Positions 37,942-47,438 are shown, numbered from the stretch's first letter. The stretch: DNA of 64,000 nt from an uncultured Chlamydiales bacterium (GCA_963700985.1 OY969554.1:1504001-1568000); one strand, 5' to 3'. A program made the numbers and translations. The notes: a model not told the origin generated them from the sequence alone.

Positions 37942-39864
37942 ATGAAAATCTATGTCGATGAGAAAGCCATGGAACTGCCAGAGGGCAGCAGCGGTTTTGA
38001 TTTAGCAGAAAAGCTAAATCGCCGCGGGCCTAATGAATCTTTGGCGCTCAACATCAATGGCACACTCTATGATCTTTCCCATAAGTTCAACGAAGATGAT
38101 AAAGTAAAGCTGCTCGATTTTGAAGACGCTCAAGGCAAAGAGATCTTCTGGCATACATCTGCACACGTGCTCGCACAAGCTGTTTTACGTCTTTGGCCTG
38201 AGGCTAAACCGACCATCGGCCCAGCGATTGAAAATGGATTTTACTACGATTTTGCGAATCTGACTGTCTCTGAACAGGACTTTGAAAAAATCGAGCAAGA
38301 AGCCGAAAAAATTATTCGCGAAAACTACCGTCCTGAACGCCATGTATTTAAAAATAGAGAAGAGGCGCTCACTCGTTTTAAAAATAATCCTTATAAATGT
38401 GAACTGATCGAAGGCTTTGAAGGGACCATTACCGGCTACTCTCAAGGAGAATTTTTCGATTTATGCCGCGGCCCTCACCTTCCGAACTTAGGCAAGATCA
38501 AAGCATTTAAACTGCTTAAAACCTCCGGCGCTTATTGGAAAGCAGACTCGAAGCGCGAGATGCTAACCCGTCTATATGGAATCACTTTCCCAGATCGTAA
38601 GGCTTTAAAGGAGTATCTCACTCTTCTCGAAGAGGCCAAAAAGCGCGATCATAAAATTTTAGGACCAAAACTCGGCATTTTCCAAATCATGGAAGAGAGC
38701 CCAGGCATGGCCTTTATTCTCCCTAAAGGCATGGTGATGTGGGAGCGTCTTTTGGATTTTTGGCGCAAAATTCACCAGCGTGCCAATTATGTTGAGATCA
38801 AAACACCTCAGCTCATGAGTCAAGAGTTGTGGGAGCGTTCTGGCCACTGGCAATTCTATCGCGAAAATATGTATGCGTTTGAAATTGAAGAACGCCACTA
38901 TGCGATTAAGCCGATGAACTGCCCCGGCTGCATGCTCTTTTTCCGCTCACAAATGCATAGCTACCGCGAGCTACCCTTGCGCGTCTCTGAGATTGGCCAT
39001 GTGCATCGACATGAGGCTTCTGGTGCTCTCAATGGTCTTTTCCGCGTGCGCAGCTTCCATCAAGATGACGCTCACCTTTTCATGCGTCCATCTGATATTA
39101 AAGCTGAAATTTTGGGAATCATCGCCCTGATCGAAGAGATCTACGGCACATTTGGTCTTCCTTATCGTCTCGAACTATCTACTCGACCTGAAAAGAGTAT
39201 CGGTTCGGATGAAGAGTGGGAACTTGCGACAAGAGGGTTAAAAGAGGCGCTCGATGAATGGGGCCAGCCTTACCGTATTAATGAAGGCGACGGAGCTTTC
39301 TACGGGCCCAAAATAGACATTCATATTCGCGATGCATTAAACCGTTCTTGGCAGTGCGGCACTGTCCAACTCGACATGTCTCTTCCAGAAAAATTTCAAC
39401 TAGAATATATGGATAGCGATGGCCAGCACAAAAGGCCGGTGATGTTGCATCGAGCGCTGTTTGGCTCGATAGAGCGGTTTTTGGGGATTTTAATTGAACA
39501 CTTTGTGGGTAAATTCCCCTTGTGGATCAGCCCCCTTCCCATTCGTATTATCACCGTGGCAGATAGGCACGGGGAATATGCGCATCAGTTGGCTGCAAAA
39601 ATTCGAAAGGCTGGTTTTATTTGTGATGTTGACGACTCCAATGAATCGGTAAATAAAAAAATTCGAAATGCACAACTTATGCAAATCAACTACATGTTAA
39701 CTGTTGGAGATAAAGAGGTTGAAAGTAGCACAGCTGCCTTGCGCACACGCGATAACGTCGTCCATGGAGAGATCCAGATCGATGATTTCTTGCGTAGTTT
39801 AGCTATCGAGCAAGCAGAGCGTTCACTTACCTCTCCTTATTCTTCTCAGGTAGAAGCTGAATGA
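37942..39864 (+). CDS. thrS: Threonyl-tRNA synthetase
   Basis: FWHTSAHVLAQAV, DLCRGPH, RDHKILG, KPMNCPG, RVRSFHQDDAH, GAFYGPKID and HRALFGSIERF. Confidence 0.98.
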   Translation: MKIYVDEKAMELPEGSSGFDLAEKLNRRGPNESLALNINGTLYDLSHKFNEDDKVKLLDFEDAQGKEIFWHTSAHVLAQAVLRLWPEAKPTIGPAIENGFYYDFANLTVSEQDFEKIEQEAEKIIRENYRPERHVFKNREEALTRFKNNPYKCELIEGFEGTITGYSQGEFFDLCRGPHLPNLGKIKAFKLLKTSGAYWKADSKREMLTRLYGITFPDRKALKEYLTLLEEAKKRDHKILGPKLGIFQIMEESPGMAFILPKGMVMWERLLDFWRKIHQRANYVEIKTPQLMSQELWERSGHWQFYRENMYAFEIEERHYAIKPMNCPGCMLFFRSQMHSYRELPLRVSEIGHVHRHEASGALNGLFRVRSFHQDDAHLFMRPSDIKAEILGIIALIEEIYGTFGLPYRLELSTRPEKSIGSDEEWELATRGLKEALDEWGQPYRINEGDGAFYGPKIDIHIRDALNRSWQCGTVQLDMSLPEKFQLEYMDSDGQHKRPVMLHRALFGSIERFLGILIEHFVGKFPLWISPLPIRIITVADRHGEYAHQLAAKIRKAGFICDVDDSNESVNKKIRNAQLMQINYMLTVGDKEVESSTAALRTRDNVVHGEIQIDDFLRSLAIEQAERSLTSPYSSQVEAE

Positions 39865-40613
39865 AAAGAATTACGATCAGTAGCTTTAAAGGCGGAACAG
39901 CCAAGACCTCTACAGCCTTGCATATCGCATCGGCCATGGCAAAATTTCATAAGAAGAAAGTTCTGCTTATCGATTTCGATGCTCAGGCAAACCTGACTGC
40001 AGGCTTGGGCTTTGATCCTGATGCCCAAGACAGTTTGGCCCCAGTTCTTCAAGGCGAGAAAACGGTGGAAGAGGTCATCCTCAAGACCGCCGTTCCTAAC
40101 TTAGACTTGATTCCAGCCGATACTTGGCTAGAACGCGTTGAAGTGACAGGACATCTGGCTGCCGATCGCTATTCCCATGAACGGCTCAAGCAGATTCTTA
40201 GCCCGTTAAAATATGATGTGATCATCATCGACACGCCACCTTCCCTCTGCTGGCTGACTGAGTCAGCTCTGATCGCCTCGCACCATTCGTTAATCTGTGC
40301 GACGCCAGAGTTTTATAGCGTGAAGGGCCTGCAAAGGCTATCGACCTTCATTGCAAACATTGGCGAAAGACATCCGATGAATGTGCTCGGTGTGGCCCTC
40401 TCCTTTTGGAATCCGCGCGGCAAAAGCAATCAAGGGTTCCTTGAGGTCATTGAAGATACTTTCCCGGGTAAACTATTGGGAACAAAAGTACGCCGAGATA
40501 TTCGCGTTGCCGAAGCTTCGATCTTTGGCAAGCCGATTTTTGAGACTTCACCGAAAAGCCGAGCAGCTGAAGATTATATCTCCTTGGCCAAAGAACTTCT
40601 AAAACGCATGTAA
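39861..40613 (+). CDS. parA: ParA/MinD-family ATPase (chromosomal pGP5-like)
   Basis: Deviant Walker A KGGTAKTS, LLIDFDAQANLT and IIIDTPPS. Confidence 0.9.
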   Translation: MKRITISSFKGGTAKTSTALHIASAMAKFHKKKVLLIDFDAQANLTAGLGFDPDAQDSLAPVLQGEKTVEEVILKTAVPNLDLIPADTWLERVEVTGHLAADRYSHERLKQILSPLKYDVIIIDTPPSLCWLTESALIASHHSLICATPEFYSVKGLQRLSTFIANIGERHPMNVLGVALSFWNPRGKSNQGFLEVIEDTFPGKLLGTKVRRDIRVAEASIFGKPIFETSPKSRAAEDYISLAKELLKRM

Positions 40614-40630
40614 AAGGGATTTACATTCTC

Positions 40631-41368
40631 ATGACTAAAGTTAACTCTTTTCTCGCTCAAAGGCTGAAACAAGCCACGCAGAAGTTTTCAAAGATGACAG
40701 CATTAGCTGAGCTCTCATCAAAAGGCAGCCTCTCCACCTTTTCTGGCATGTTTCGCGTCTCTCCGCTTTCTCCTTCTGAGCAAGAAGCTCTGCAGCTCAT
40801 TTTAAGCGAGCACAGCCTAGAAGGCGTCGATGTTAAAGAAGACTTTCTTCAGCTCTCAACCATCACCACGGAAGTCAAAGCGATCAATAATCAAGCCGCC
40901 ATCTTACATGGCGAGCGCATCAAAAAAGCGCAGTTGATTCTGAAAAAATATCAAGATGGAGCTTTCAGCGCTTGGTTGGTTGCAACTTACGGGAATAGAC
41001 AGACACCTTACAACTTCTTGCAATATTACGAACTCTATACGGCTCTTCCCCAAGTGCTTCTTCCCAAACTTGAAGAGATGCCAAGACAGGCGATCTATGC
41101 GCTTGCTAGTCGAAATGGCGCACAAGATAAGAAAGAAAAGATCATTCAGAATTACAACGGTGAGCCTAAGCAAGAGCTTCTCTCTTTAATCCGTCTGACC
41201 TTCCCCTTATCTCAAGAAGATAAGCGTGCTCAAGATCTAGCGGGGGTGGCGATTAGCTCACTTGCTCGCTTACAAAAAATGTTCGACGATGCGCAGTTTA
41301 AACCCTCTTCTCAGCAGAAAAAAGAGATTCAGGAGTTTTTAACTGCCCTACTTGCATCCACACGATGA
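40631..41368 (+). CDS. pGP6-D family protein (chromosomal homologue of chlamydial plasmid pGP6)
   Basis: EVKAINNQAAILHGERIKKA, GAFSAWL..YGNRQTPYNFLQYYE and PRQAIYALASR. Confidence 0.9.
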   Translation: MTKVNSFLAQRLKQATQKFSKMTALAELSSKGSLSTFSGMFRVSPLSPSEQEALQLILSEHSLEGVDVKEDFLQLSTITTEVKAINNQAAILHGERIKKAQLILKKYQDGAFSAWLVATYGNRQTPYNFLQYYELYTALPQVLLPKLEEMPRQAIYALASRNGAQDKKEKIIQNYNGEPKQELLSLIRLTFPLSQEDKRAQDLAGVAISSLARLQKMFDDAQFKPSSQQKKEIQEFLTALLASTR

Positions 41369-42804
41369 TTGACGCACACCGCATGTACGAAAGCCCCCTT
41401 GCCACGCGTTATGCTAGCGGTGAGATGTCATTTCTATTCTCGGCTGAATTCAAATATGTGACCTGGCGCCGCCTCTGGATTGCGTTGGCTAAAGCGCAAA
41501 AAAAACTTGGCCTATCGATTACTGATGCGCAAATTCAGGAAATGCAAAAAGAGCTGCATCATATCGATTATCAAAAAGCTGCAGAGTATGAAAAGCAGTT
41601 TCGCCATGATGTCATGGCTCACATTCATACTTTTGGAGACCTTTGCCCCACAGCTAAAGGTATTATTCACTGGGGAGCCACCTCATGTTTTGTCACAGAT
41701 AATACTGATCTGATCCAGGCCTATGAGGCACTTAAGATTTTGCACGCCAAAATCGTGCAGGTCATTCGCCATTTAGCCGCATTTGCGACAGAACACGCAG
41801 AGCTAGCCTGTTTGAGTTATACGCATTTTCAAGCCGCCCAGCCCACAACCGTTGGAAGACGCACCTGCCTCTGGATTCAAGATCTATTGCTCGATCTTCG
41901 CGACCTTGAAACACGTATGGCTGACTTCCCTTTTTTAGGCGCCAAGGGCGCAACCGGCACCCAGGCTTCTTTCCTTTTCCTTTTCGATGGAGACCATCAA
42001 AAGGTCAAAAAATTAGACACACTCGTCGCTGAAGAGATGGGTTTTTCCGCGCTCTTTCCCATTTCCGGGCAGACCTATACCCGTAAACAAGACATGCGGA
42101 TTTTCTCGGTCTTGTCAGGCGTGGCAGCTTCAGCACATAAATTTGCTACGGACATGCGCCTCTTAGCGCACCTTAAAGAATTGGAAGAGCCATTCTCTGC
42201 TAATCAAGTCGGCTCTTCTGCCATGCCCCATAAGCGCAATCCTATGCGCTGTGAACGCATTTGCGGCCTAGCGCGCTTCTTGCTTTCTCTCGGAGAAAAT
42301 CCAGCCTACACAGCCGCCACGCAATGGTTAGAGCGTACGCTCGATGATTCAGCCAATCGAAGACTCTCATTCCCAGAAGCCTTCTTGACTGCTGATGCCG
42401 TCTTAAATCTACTGGCTCATGTCACTTCTAAAATCGTAGTCAATCCAAAGATTATCGAAAAACATCTCCAAGAAGAGCTGCCCTTCATGGTCACAGAGAA
42501 TGTGCTGATGGAAGCGGTTAAGAAGGGTAAGGATCGCCAGAAAATTCACGCGCGCCTTAAAGAACATACTCACAACGCTGCACAGCAGATCAAAGAGGGC
42601 AAAGACGCCTCTTCTCTTTTAGAACAGATCTGGAAAGATTCCGAGATCGGCCTGTCGCAAAAAGAAGTGCTGGAGCTTTCGAAAGTGGAGCAATTCATCG
42701 GAAGATCTGTAGAGCAGGTGAAAGAGTTTCTCGCAGAAGAGGTGGTGCCGGTTTTAAAAACCCACGCTAAACTTACCTCTTCACTTCCCCCAGTTCAGAT
42801 TTGA
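41365..42804 (+). CDS. purB: Adenylosuccinate lyase
   Basis: YESPLATRYAS, RHDVMAH, IHWGATS, GSSAMPHKRNP and ERTLDDSANRR. Confidence 0.95.
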   Translation: MIDAHRMYESPLATRYASGEMSFLFSAEFKYVTWRRLWIALAKAQKKLGLSITDAQIQEMQKELHHIDYQKAAEYEKQFRHDVMAHIHTFGDLCPTAKGIIHWGATSCFVTDNTDLIQAYEALKILHAKIVQVIRHLAAFATEHAELACLSYTHFQAAQPTTVGRRTCLWIQDLLLDLRDLETRMADFPFLGAKGATGTQASFLFLFDGDHQKVKKLDTLVAEEMGFSALFPISGQTYTRKQDMRIFSVLSGVAASAHKFATDMRLLAHLKELEEPFSANQVGSSAMPHKRNPMRCERICGLARFLLSLGENPAYTAATQWLERTLDDSANRRLSFPEAFLTADAVLNLLAHVTSKIVVNPKIIEKHLQEELPFMVTENVLMEAVKKGKDRQKIHARLKEHTHNAAQQIKEGKDASSLLEQIWKDSEIGLSQKEVLELSKVEQFIGRSVEQVKEFLAEEVVPVLKTHAKLTSSLPPVQI

Positions 42805-43675
42805 TTTCACTCAATAACAACGCTTTCGCAAGCGTCTCGGCGATCTTTTTCTTTGTTGCCTCTTGAGGTTCAATCAAAGGAAGACGCATGTGCGGCAAAC
42901 ATTTGCCGAGCACGCTCAGCGCATATTTGATGCAGATCGGATTGCTCTCAAGAGAAAGAGCTCGGCAAAGAGGTAGAAAGCGCATAAAAATCTCGCGTGC
43001 TTCAATCAGTTGGCCCTGCTGCATGAGATCAATCATCTGTTTCCACTCGCGCGGAATGAGATTGCCCACGACTGAGAAAACCCCAGCGCCGCCGGCAGCC
43101 ATAGAAACCAACGTCAAAGAGTCATCGCCGGTGAAGATAGGTTTCGACGTAAGTGAGACGAGATCGGTGAGTAGATCGAGATCGGCTGATGTTTCTTTAA
43201 TGCCCACCACTTCCGGAATTTGACAGAGTTCTGTGAGTTGAGAAGCTTGCAGTCTCAGCCCTGTGCGTCCAGGATGATGATAGATGACAATCGGCAGACC
43301 CACTTTGGCGATTTCTTTGAAATGAGCAACTACACCTGGAAAACTGGGACGGTTGTAGTAAGGTAAGATCACTAGGCAGCCATTGGCACCAGCATCTTTA
43401 GCTTGCTGCGTAAAAAAAACGGTCTTGTGTGTGTCGTTTGTGCCTGTGCCCACAATGACCGGCATCTGACCATTAGTTACAGAAACAGTTTTTTCAATCA
43501 GGCTACGCTGCTCTTCTGGAGAAAGAGTCGGTGCCTCGCCCGTGGTGCCACAGATCACTAATCCATCTACATCCGCCTGAATCTGCTCTTCTACCAACTG
43601 CTCAAAGCTTGCTAGATCGACTTCACCACTCGCGGTAAAGGGTGTAGGCAATACTACAAATAAACCGTGCATCAT
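42773..43675 (-). CDS. dapA: 4-hydroxy-tetrahydrodipicolinate synthase
   Basis: GTTGE, PYYNRP, IY..PGRT, GIKE (Schiff-base Lys), TGDD and ESNPICIK. Confidence 0.9.
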   Translation of the reverse strand: MMHGLFVVLPTPFTASGEVDLASFEQLVEEQIQADVDGLVICGTTGEAPTLSPEEQRSLIEKTVSVTNGQMPVIVGTGTNDTHKTVFFTQQAKDAGANGCLVILPYYNRPSFPGVVAHFKEIAKVGLPIVIYHHPGRTGLRLQASQLTELCQIPEVVGIKETSADLDLLTDLVSLTSKPIFTGDDSLTLVSMAAGGAGVFSVVGNLIPREWKQMIDLMQQGQLIEAREIFMRFLPLCRALSLESNPICIKYALSVLGKCLPHMRLPLIEPQEATKKKIAETLAKALLLSEIKSELGEVKR

Positions 43676-44898
43676 AAATGGCGTCTCCTTTTGACGTATA
43701 AAATTGCCGCTCCAATGAATGCCATCACCCCACCAAACACAATCGCCAATGAAGGTAGAATCGCTGCGAATGCGGCTCCCACCACAGCAGTGATAAGTTC
43801 TGCCATTACCTGCACTGAGGTCAGCGTTCCCATCACTTGCCCCTGACTCTCTGGCCGCGCCGCATTCGATACGATCACGCTGGAGTTAGTCAGCGTGAGC
43901 GCCAGCAGCGCTCCGATGATCGGAACCGTTATTATGATGCTATATACCGAGGAGGGAAGGACGGCAATAATAAATACAAGGCCAAGCATAGGCGTAAAGA
44001 TAATCGTGGACAAACTCGGCGTCAGGCGTTTGGAAAGCCGCGTGCCAAAGGTTATAAGGCAGAGCGCAAAAATAACCGAGTTGAACACCATCACATAGGC
44101 GAGCTGCGAAGAGGTAAAGCTGAAAACCCGCTCCAAATAAACCGGGAAAAAGCGAAAGAAACTAAATGCCGCCAGTGAAATGAAAAAATTCGCGTAAAAG
44201 AGAAGACGCAGCGGCTTCTGCTTTAAAAGCGCAAGCTGCTCTTTCACAAAAGGTTCTTTAGGAATATGAGATATTTTTCGCGTCTCCTCAGATCCGAAGT
44301 AGATCGTGCCAATCCCAGCCACAGTTAAGAGAGCTGCAATCCAGAAAGGCGTTGCAAAGGTAAACCAACTTACGAGACTAGGATCGGCTAAGATTCCGCC
44401 TAAAAATGGACCAATAATAAAACCTAAACAGACAAAAAGACTGATCCAGCCAAAGTGGAAGATCTTATCGTTTGGATGATCATCTTGAGTGATATCCGCG
44501 ATAACCGCTTGTGCAATGGCGATGTTTCCTTCAAAAAAACCACAAATCAAAAGGCCACCGAAAATCCCCGTCAGGAATGTGTGTGAAGTCGAAATCGCTG
44601 TAATTACCCAGCCAAGCGTGCTTCCACAAAGAGTGTACAAGATGACTTTTTTTCGACCAAAACGATCTGAGAGGCGCCCTAAGATAGGAGAGCCGATTAA
44701 TTGTCCGAGCGGATAGGAGGTCATGATTAAGCCCAGCAACATCGTCTTCTTATAAAGCGAAAAACTCTGCGGCAGAATCGAGAGCACAGGATCGAGAAAC
44801 ATGGCCGGGAAAATGGGTAGAGGCAGAGAAAAGCCGATATAGGCCAGAAGAACTACGATTGCATAGGGAAGAAGTTTGCGTTTAAATGGAGGAAGCAT
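43672..44898 (-). CDS. MFS transporter (DHA1/TetA-like)
   Basis: GRLSDRFGRK motif A, AQAVIADI, LGFIIGPFLGG; about 12 TMs. Confidence 0.9.
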   Translation of the reverse strand: MLPPFKRKLLPYAIVVLLAYIGFSLPLPIFPAMFLDPVLSILPQSFSLYKKTMLLGLIMTSYPLGQLIGSPILGRLSDRFGRKKVILYTLCGSTLGWVITAISTSHTFLTGIFGGLLICGFFEGNIAIAQAVIADITQDDHPNDKIFHFGWISLFVCLGFIIGPFLGGILADPSLVSWFTFATPFWIAALLTVAGIGTIYFGSEETRKISHIPKEPFVKEQLALLKQKPLRLLFYANFFISLAAFSFFRFFPVYLERVFSFTSSQLAYVMVFNSVIFALCLITFGTRLSKRLTPSLSTIIFTPMLGLVFIIAVLPSSVYSIIITVPIIGALLALTLTNSSVIVSNAARPESQGQVMGTLTSVQVMAELITAVVGAAFAAILPSLAIVFGGVMAFIGAAILYVKRRRHL

Positions 44899-44899
44899 T

Positions 44900-45610
44900 T
44901 TAAGATTTTACCTCCCAATCGATCGGCGTCTTACCAAATTTTTCCAAGTAGGCGTTGATCTTTGAGAAGTGCCGGCAACCGAAAAATCCATTACTTGCTG
45001 AATAGGGCGAGGGGTGGGCAGCCACAAGCACAGCATGTTTAGTTTTAGTATGTTGAACAATCTGCTGGTATTTTCCTTCGGCGGATTTTCCCCAGAGCAC
45101 GAAGACTAAAGGATCTTCTCTTTGCATCAGACGCGCGATGATTGCATCTGTAAAACGCTCCCAGCCTCTTCCATGATGCGATTTAGGTTCACCTGCTCGT
45201 ACGGTGAGTGTGGCGTTCAACATTAATACACCCTGTTTTGCCCAGCTGGCTAAACATCCATCTTTAGGATAAGGAATCTTCACATCATCGACTAGCTCTT
45301 TAAAAATATTTTTTAATGAAGGCGGGGAAGTAATGCCACTAGGAACGCTAAAGGAAAGCCCATGTGCCTGACCCTCACCATGATAGGGATCTTGTCCCAC
45401 AATGACCACTTTTACATCTTTGAAAGGCGTTTGTCGAAATGCATTAAAGATCAGAGATTCAGGAGGATAGACAACTGCACCCGCTTCTTTCTCGGCTGCC
45501 AAGAAGGCCTTCAGCTCCTTAATATAAGGATGCGCCAGCTCCTCTTTTAGCTCCACATGCCAGCTCGCCTCTAACTTCATTTGCATTTCAACCATCTCTC
45601 CTCCTGACAT
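44900..45610 (-). CDS. ung: Uracil-DNA glycosylase family 1
   Basis: GQDPYH, AHGLSFSV, PPSLKNI, QGVLMLN and AHPSP. Confidence 0.97.
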   Translation of the reverse strand: MSGGEMVEMQMKLEASWHVELKEELAHPYIKELKAFLAAEKEAGAVVYPPESLIFNAFRQTPFKDVKVVIVGQDPYHGEGQAHGLSFSVPSGITSPPSLKNIFKELVDDVKIPYPKDGCLASWAKQGVLMLNATLTVRAGEPKSHHGRGWERFTDAIIARLMQREDPLVFVLWGKSAEGKYQQIVQHTKTKHAVLVAAHPSPYSASNGFFGCRHFSKINAYLEKFGKTPIDWEVKS

Positions 45611-45664
45611 TTACCAACAGGCTACCATGAACAAAATATTGTCGCCAACGATCCCTTGACGTCC

Positions 45665-45694
45665 TTGACATAAACCTTCTTCAACCCCTACGAT
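45665..45694 (+). promoter_or_regulatory. sigma66-type promoter
   Basis: TTGACA-N18-TACGAT upstream of ATG 45723. Confidence 0.5.
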
Positions 45695-45722
45695 TTCCCT
45701 CTATTTAATAAGGGTGGTTAAT

Positions 45723-45977
45723 ATGGACGACTTAGCTGATAACAATCTCATTCGCTTTAAAAACATCTCGAAAAAGAAAGAGACGATGTACGCCAACTTC
45801 AAAGTGAAGGGCCTGCGTGCTGGCGTCAACTTTACCGCATCAATTTCTGTCGATATCTCTGCTGCTGAAGTGCATGCCGGAGATGTCCTTGAAAAAATCA
45901 TCGAAGAGTGTGCCCGCATTGGCGTAAAAGAGTTCAAACGCGCCGAATTCCAATTCGAAGGGATCACAACAATCTAA
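45723..45977 (+). CDS. Small conserved-type chlamydial hypothetical protein
   Basis: 84 aa with AAGGGTGG RBS and a promoter; divergent from ung. Confidence 0.75.
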   Translation: MDDLADNNLIRFKNISKKKETMYANFKVKGLRAGVNFTASISVDISAAEVHAGDVLEKIIEECARIGVKEFKRAEFQFEGITTI

Positions 45978-45985
45978 TCTTTTAT

Positions 45986-46060
45986 CTGGGTGTAGCGCAG
46001 CTTGGCTAGCGCACAAGCATGGGGTGCTTGGGGTCGTAGGTTCGAATCCTATCACCCAGA
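45986..46060 (+). tRNA. tRNA-Pro(GGG)
   Basis: CTGGGTG/CACCCAG acceptor, GCGC D-stem, CAAGC-ATGGGGT-GCTTG anticodon arm, TTCGAAT T-loop. Confidence 0.96.
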
Positions 46061-46199
46061 TTTTTCTTTTTTGATTACATTTCACGGAGCTAAGCTCTTT
46101 TAATATTACTTTTAGGGGAAACTAGTCTACTATTAGACTTTTCTTTGAAAGGAATTCCTCCTCCCGTCTATATTGCTGACCATAATTGGGAATCCTATT

Positions 46200-47051
46200 A
46201 TGAAAAATGACCTAATCCTATTTGAAAATTATAAAATACGCCGCCTGTACGACGAATCAACGGAAACGTGGTTTTTTTCGGTAGTGGATATTATTCAAGT
46301 ATTGACCCAACAGCCTGAATTTCAGGCAGCTAGAAACTACTGGAACGTTTTAAAAACTAGGCTCAACAAAGAGGGCACTCAGTCGCTTACAAATTGTAAG
46401 CGACTGAAATTGGAAGCTACTGATGGCAAAAAATATCTTACAGATGTTGCCAATGCTGAAACTGTATTAAGGCTAATCCAATCGATCCCTAGTCCCAAAG
46501 CCGAACCAATTAAACTCTGGCTAGCAAAAGTAGGTTATGAGCGCATACAAGAAATGGCTGACCCAGAAAAGTCATTGGATCGGGCTCGTGAGACCTGGCA
46601 AAAGCATGGGAGAAGTGAAAAGTGGATTCAGCAACGCATGATGGGACAAGAGACGCGCAATAAGCTCACTGATTACTGGAAAGATCATGACATTCAGAAG
46701 ACCAGTGAATTTGCAATCCTTACCAATATTATCCATCAAGAGTGGGCTGATTTATCAGTAAAGCAGCATAAAAATCTCAAAGGTTTGAAAACGCAAAATT
46801 TACGCGATCATATGAGTGAAGCTGAGTTGATCTTTACTGCCCTAGCTGAACTCTCTACAAGGCAAATAGCTGAGAGTACCGATGCTACCGGTATGATCGA
46901 AAATAAAACCGCTGCAAAAACTGGTGGCAATATCGCAAAAAAAGCTCGTCTGGAGCTGGAAGAAAAAACTCAAAAAAAAGTAGTCTCCGTGGAAAATTAT
47001 CTGCCTCCTATAAGACCCCAAATCCTCACAACCTCTAGCGATAAAGAATAG
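46200..47051 (+). CDS. Bro-N domain protein (phage antirepressor-like)
   Basis: KIRR.YD....WFFSVVDII, ARNYW..LK.RL, DGKKYLTDVA, LRLIQSIPSPKAEP.KLWLA.VG.ERI.E and LRDHM..AEL. Confidence 0.88.
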   Translation: MKNDLILFENYKIRRLYDESTETWFFSVVDIIQVLTQQPEFQAARNYWNVLKTRLNKEGTQSLTNCKRLKLEATDGKKYLTDVANAETVLRLIQSIPSPKAEPIKLWLAKVGYERIQEMADPEKSLDRARETWQKHGRSEKWIQQRMMGQETRNKLTDYWKDHDIQKTSEFAILTNIIHQEWADLSVKQHKNLKGLKTQNLRDHMSEAELIFTALAELSTRQIAESTDATGMIENKTAAKTGGNIAKKARLELEEKTQKKVVSVENYLPPIRPQILTTSSDKE

Positions 47052-47093
47052 TTTTCCATTAACAATGACAATCTTTACATCCATAATTAGTTG

Positions 47094-47190
47094 CTATCCG
47101 CCCTTACCGATTTCGATCATTTCGGTGACATCAACGAAATGATCCTCAATACGCTGTCCACTATTTTTTGCAGACCTCTTTTTTAGCTTA
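47094..47190 (-). pseudogene. dinD: DinD-family gene remnant
   Basis: Minus strand reads AKKEVC / KNSGQRIEDHFVDVTEMIEIGKGG* (frameshift in an A-run, then premature TAG), matching the DinD N-terminal motif ACxxSG..DHF.....M...G.G. Confidence 0.65.
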
Positions 47191-47235
47191 TGCTCAAAAA
47201 TATTCCCAGAAGAGAATATTGAGCTCACCGGAAAA

Positions 47236-47430
47236 TGTGTTCACAACTCTGATCAAAACCTGTGCACAGACGTGATTATAAGTGATGAGTGTTGATATCT
47301 GACGACTTATCGCCAGCTCCTCAACATTCTATGAACAGGAATTTTTCATTGAGCGGGGCCTCCACCTTATCGACATTTCCACACCGCTAAAATAGGAAGA
47401 TATCCTAGTATATATAAATAGATAATAAGA
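47236..47430. other. oriC: Candidate chromosomal replication origin (oriC)
   Basis: Non-coding cluster of DnaA-box-like 9-mers ending in tandem TTATCGACA-TTTCCACA, a GC spacer CCGC, NAN trios (AAA TAG GAA GAT) and an AT-rich tract. Confidence 0.6.
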
Positions 47431-47438
47431 GAGAGGTT

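Noticed and set aside
37740-37961. 73-aa ORF upstream of thrS
   Set aside because: Starts inside the palindromic element and has no RBS or protein-like features; likely spurious
46188-46199. GAATCCTAT match to the tRNA-Pro T-arm as a possible attR
   Set aside because: Only 9 bp, located upstream of the Bro-N gene rather than bounding it, and no integrase is present
45986-47230. Prophage at tRNA-Pro
   Set aside because: Only a lone Bro-N gene and a DinD fragment; no structural, replication or integration genes
39861-47430. Integrated plasmid or parS site near parA/pGP6-D
   Set aside because: Chromosomal pGP5/pGP6 homologues after thrS are standard in chlamydiae; no other plasmid genes and no TGTTTCACGTGAAACA-like site were seen
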